Below, piece by piece: positions 62,701-64,000 of a DNA stretch of 64,000 nucleotides. Location: the NCBI GenBank assembly GCA_964304625.1, contig OZ199839.1:10263287-10327286 (forward strand). The letters run 5' to 3'. Each line of letters begins with the position of its first letter. The first letter of the stretch is position 1. This stretch comes from Kudoa neothunni. Lineage: Eukaryota; Animalia; Cnidaria. A model generated the notes under the pieces. That model saw only the letters and a list, made by a program, of their open reading frames with translations. It was not told the origin of the DNA and did no database searches. The translations under genes were made by a program, and so were the position numbers.

Positions 62701-64000
62701 AAGGGAATTTAAAATTTAAACTCCAGGTGTTATTTTTTGATCAGACTTCTCAAAAGATAATTACATGTCATTTTGTAATTTAATTTCGAATTTATTGAAT
62801 ATGGGTAAGAAAAAGTTAAATGTACAGTACGTTCTATTAATGAGTTTAAATAAAGGTGAAAATATTTTATGAATAACTTGCTCAAGAGACAGCCATCTTA
62901 TGCGGCAGAGATACTATATGATCTGATGCTCGGAGCCGAACAATTATTGTAATCCTTTATATTTATTTTGACGTTTTGAGCTGTTTGAGGGATATGAGCG
63001 GATATTTTACGCCGTCTTCGAACACTTTATCTCATTATGTGGCATGCACTTATAATAATTCTGTCTTACAATTCTTTGATCACAAAACGTACCAATACCT
63101 TTATTTGAGGCGAAAACGTACCAACTCTAGCAACCCTAGGTAAACTTTCAAATCGGATAACTGAATCGCATAAAAATTAACGATTATAAATCTAAAATAT
63201 TTGCCCCAAAGCAAAGTTATTTTTTAATTGGTTTATGGAAGAAAAACGCTGTTTTGGTGTTTTAGATTGTGAAAATGGTGTATTCTCGAGAAATTTTTCA
63301 CCCTTCTAAACCGATCCGCGGTCCGCACATCGTCCACCACTGCCTTAAACTAATGTTTTTATATTGTATTCATTATTATAACTTATATATAGTAGAGTTT
63401 TCGGTAAAAATATACAACAAACGTTGAATAATCAAAAATAAAGTATGTAACTAACTAATAATTTTTCCCCACCCAACATACGCATTCATCTAACTCCTTT
63501 TAAATGAAATTTCGGTATCCGAAAGAAAAATGCCAGGTCCCAACATTTTCGGGACAAACGTAGAACTTAAATTATAATTATTTCGCTTTATACTGGCTTT
63601 AAGATAATTTTAAAAATTTCCTAAGAAGTTATATACTTGGAAAACTTACAAAAAGTGAAAAAATAATATTAATTTTAAGATAAGAACGTGCATAATGGAG
63701 ATTGCATGTGGTTTCGATTTCGCACGAAGCTGATTTTTTGAGGAAATTTTAAGCTTATTCCTGAATTTTACTACGTAGATGAATGGATATAATTAAGATA
63801 GAAAACAGTGAGGCCATAGACCACCAACGAATGCAATAGTTGTGGAAATAAAAGCTTCATCGTTATCGCGAATAACATCCAACCCGAAATTCTTTTGGTT
63901 ACCGATTATTACCACAAGGTATGGGTTTAAAGTGAATTTTAATCCAAAAAACATATTAGGTTTGCAATATTCATTAGGCCTGTCAATACAATATCGGGTA

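Noticed and set aside
1-64000. CRISPR arrays, rRNA or tRNA genes
   Set aside because: No regularly spaced repeat-spacer pattern or recognisable structural RNA seen by eye; tRNAscan-SE and Infernal were not run.

Overview
AT-rich, compact eukaryotic (very probably animal) DNA with mostly 37-55 nt GT-AG introns. The ORF track is fragmented because it ignores these introns. Two conserved regulators sit at the flanks: a Sin3 corepressor gene (1.9-10.2 kb, +) and a highly divergent T-box gene (56.7-59.8 kb, +, with apparent frameshifts). Between them (13-52 kb, - strand) is a tandem array of five apparently intact copies of an unrecognised ~660-690 aa type-I membrane protein gene. Each copy has a signal peptide, six ~95-115 aa Cys-containing FN3-like modules on phase-1 exons, a Thr/Ser-rich stalk built from micro-exons, a near-invariant GxxxGxxxG transmembrane helix and an 11-aa tail. 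The copies are patchwork mosaics of each other with variation concentrated in Cys-bounded loops, as expected for a gene-conversion-diversified surface-protein system (antigenic variation or self/non-self recognition). The micro-exon stalk cannot be spliced constitutively with canonical sites. The spacers are filled with DNA transposons (DD34E Tc1/IS630-like, two Mutators, two Merlins, piggyBac, hAT, Helitron, pogo), several nested or inserted just upstream of array genes. The organism cannot be identified from sequence alone; tiny introns and fast-evolving proteins fit a reduced parasitic lineage (e.g. myxozoan, dicyemid, orthonectid), which is inference.
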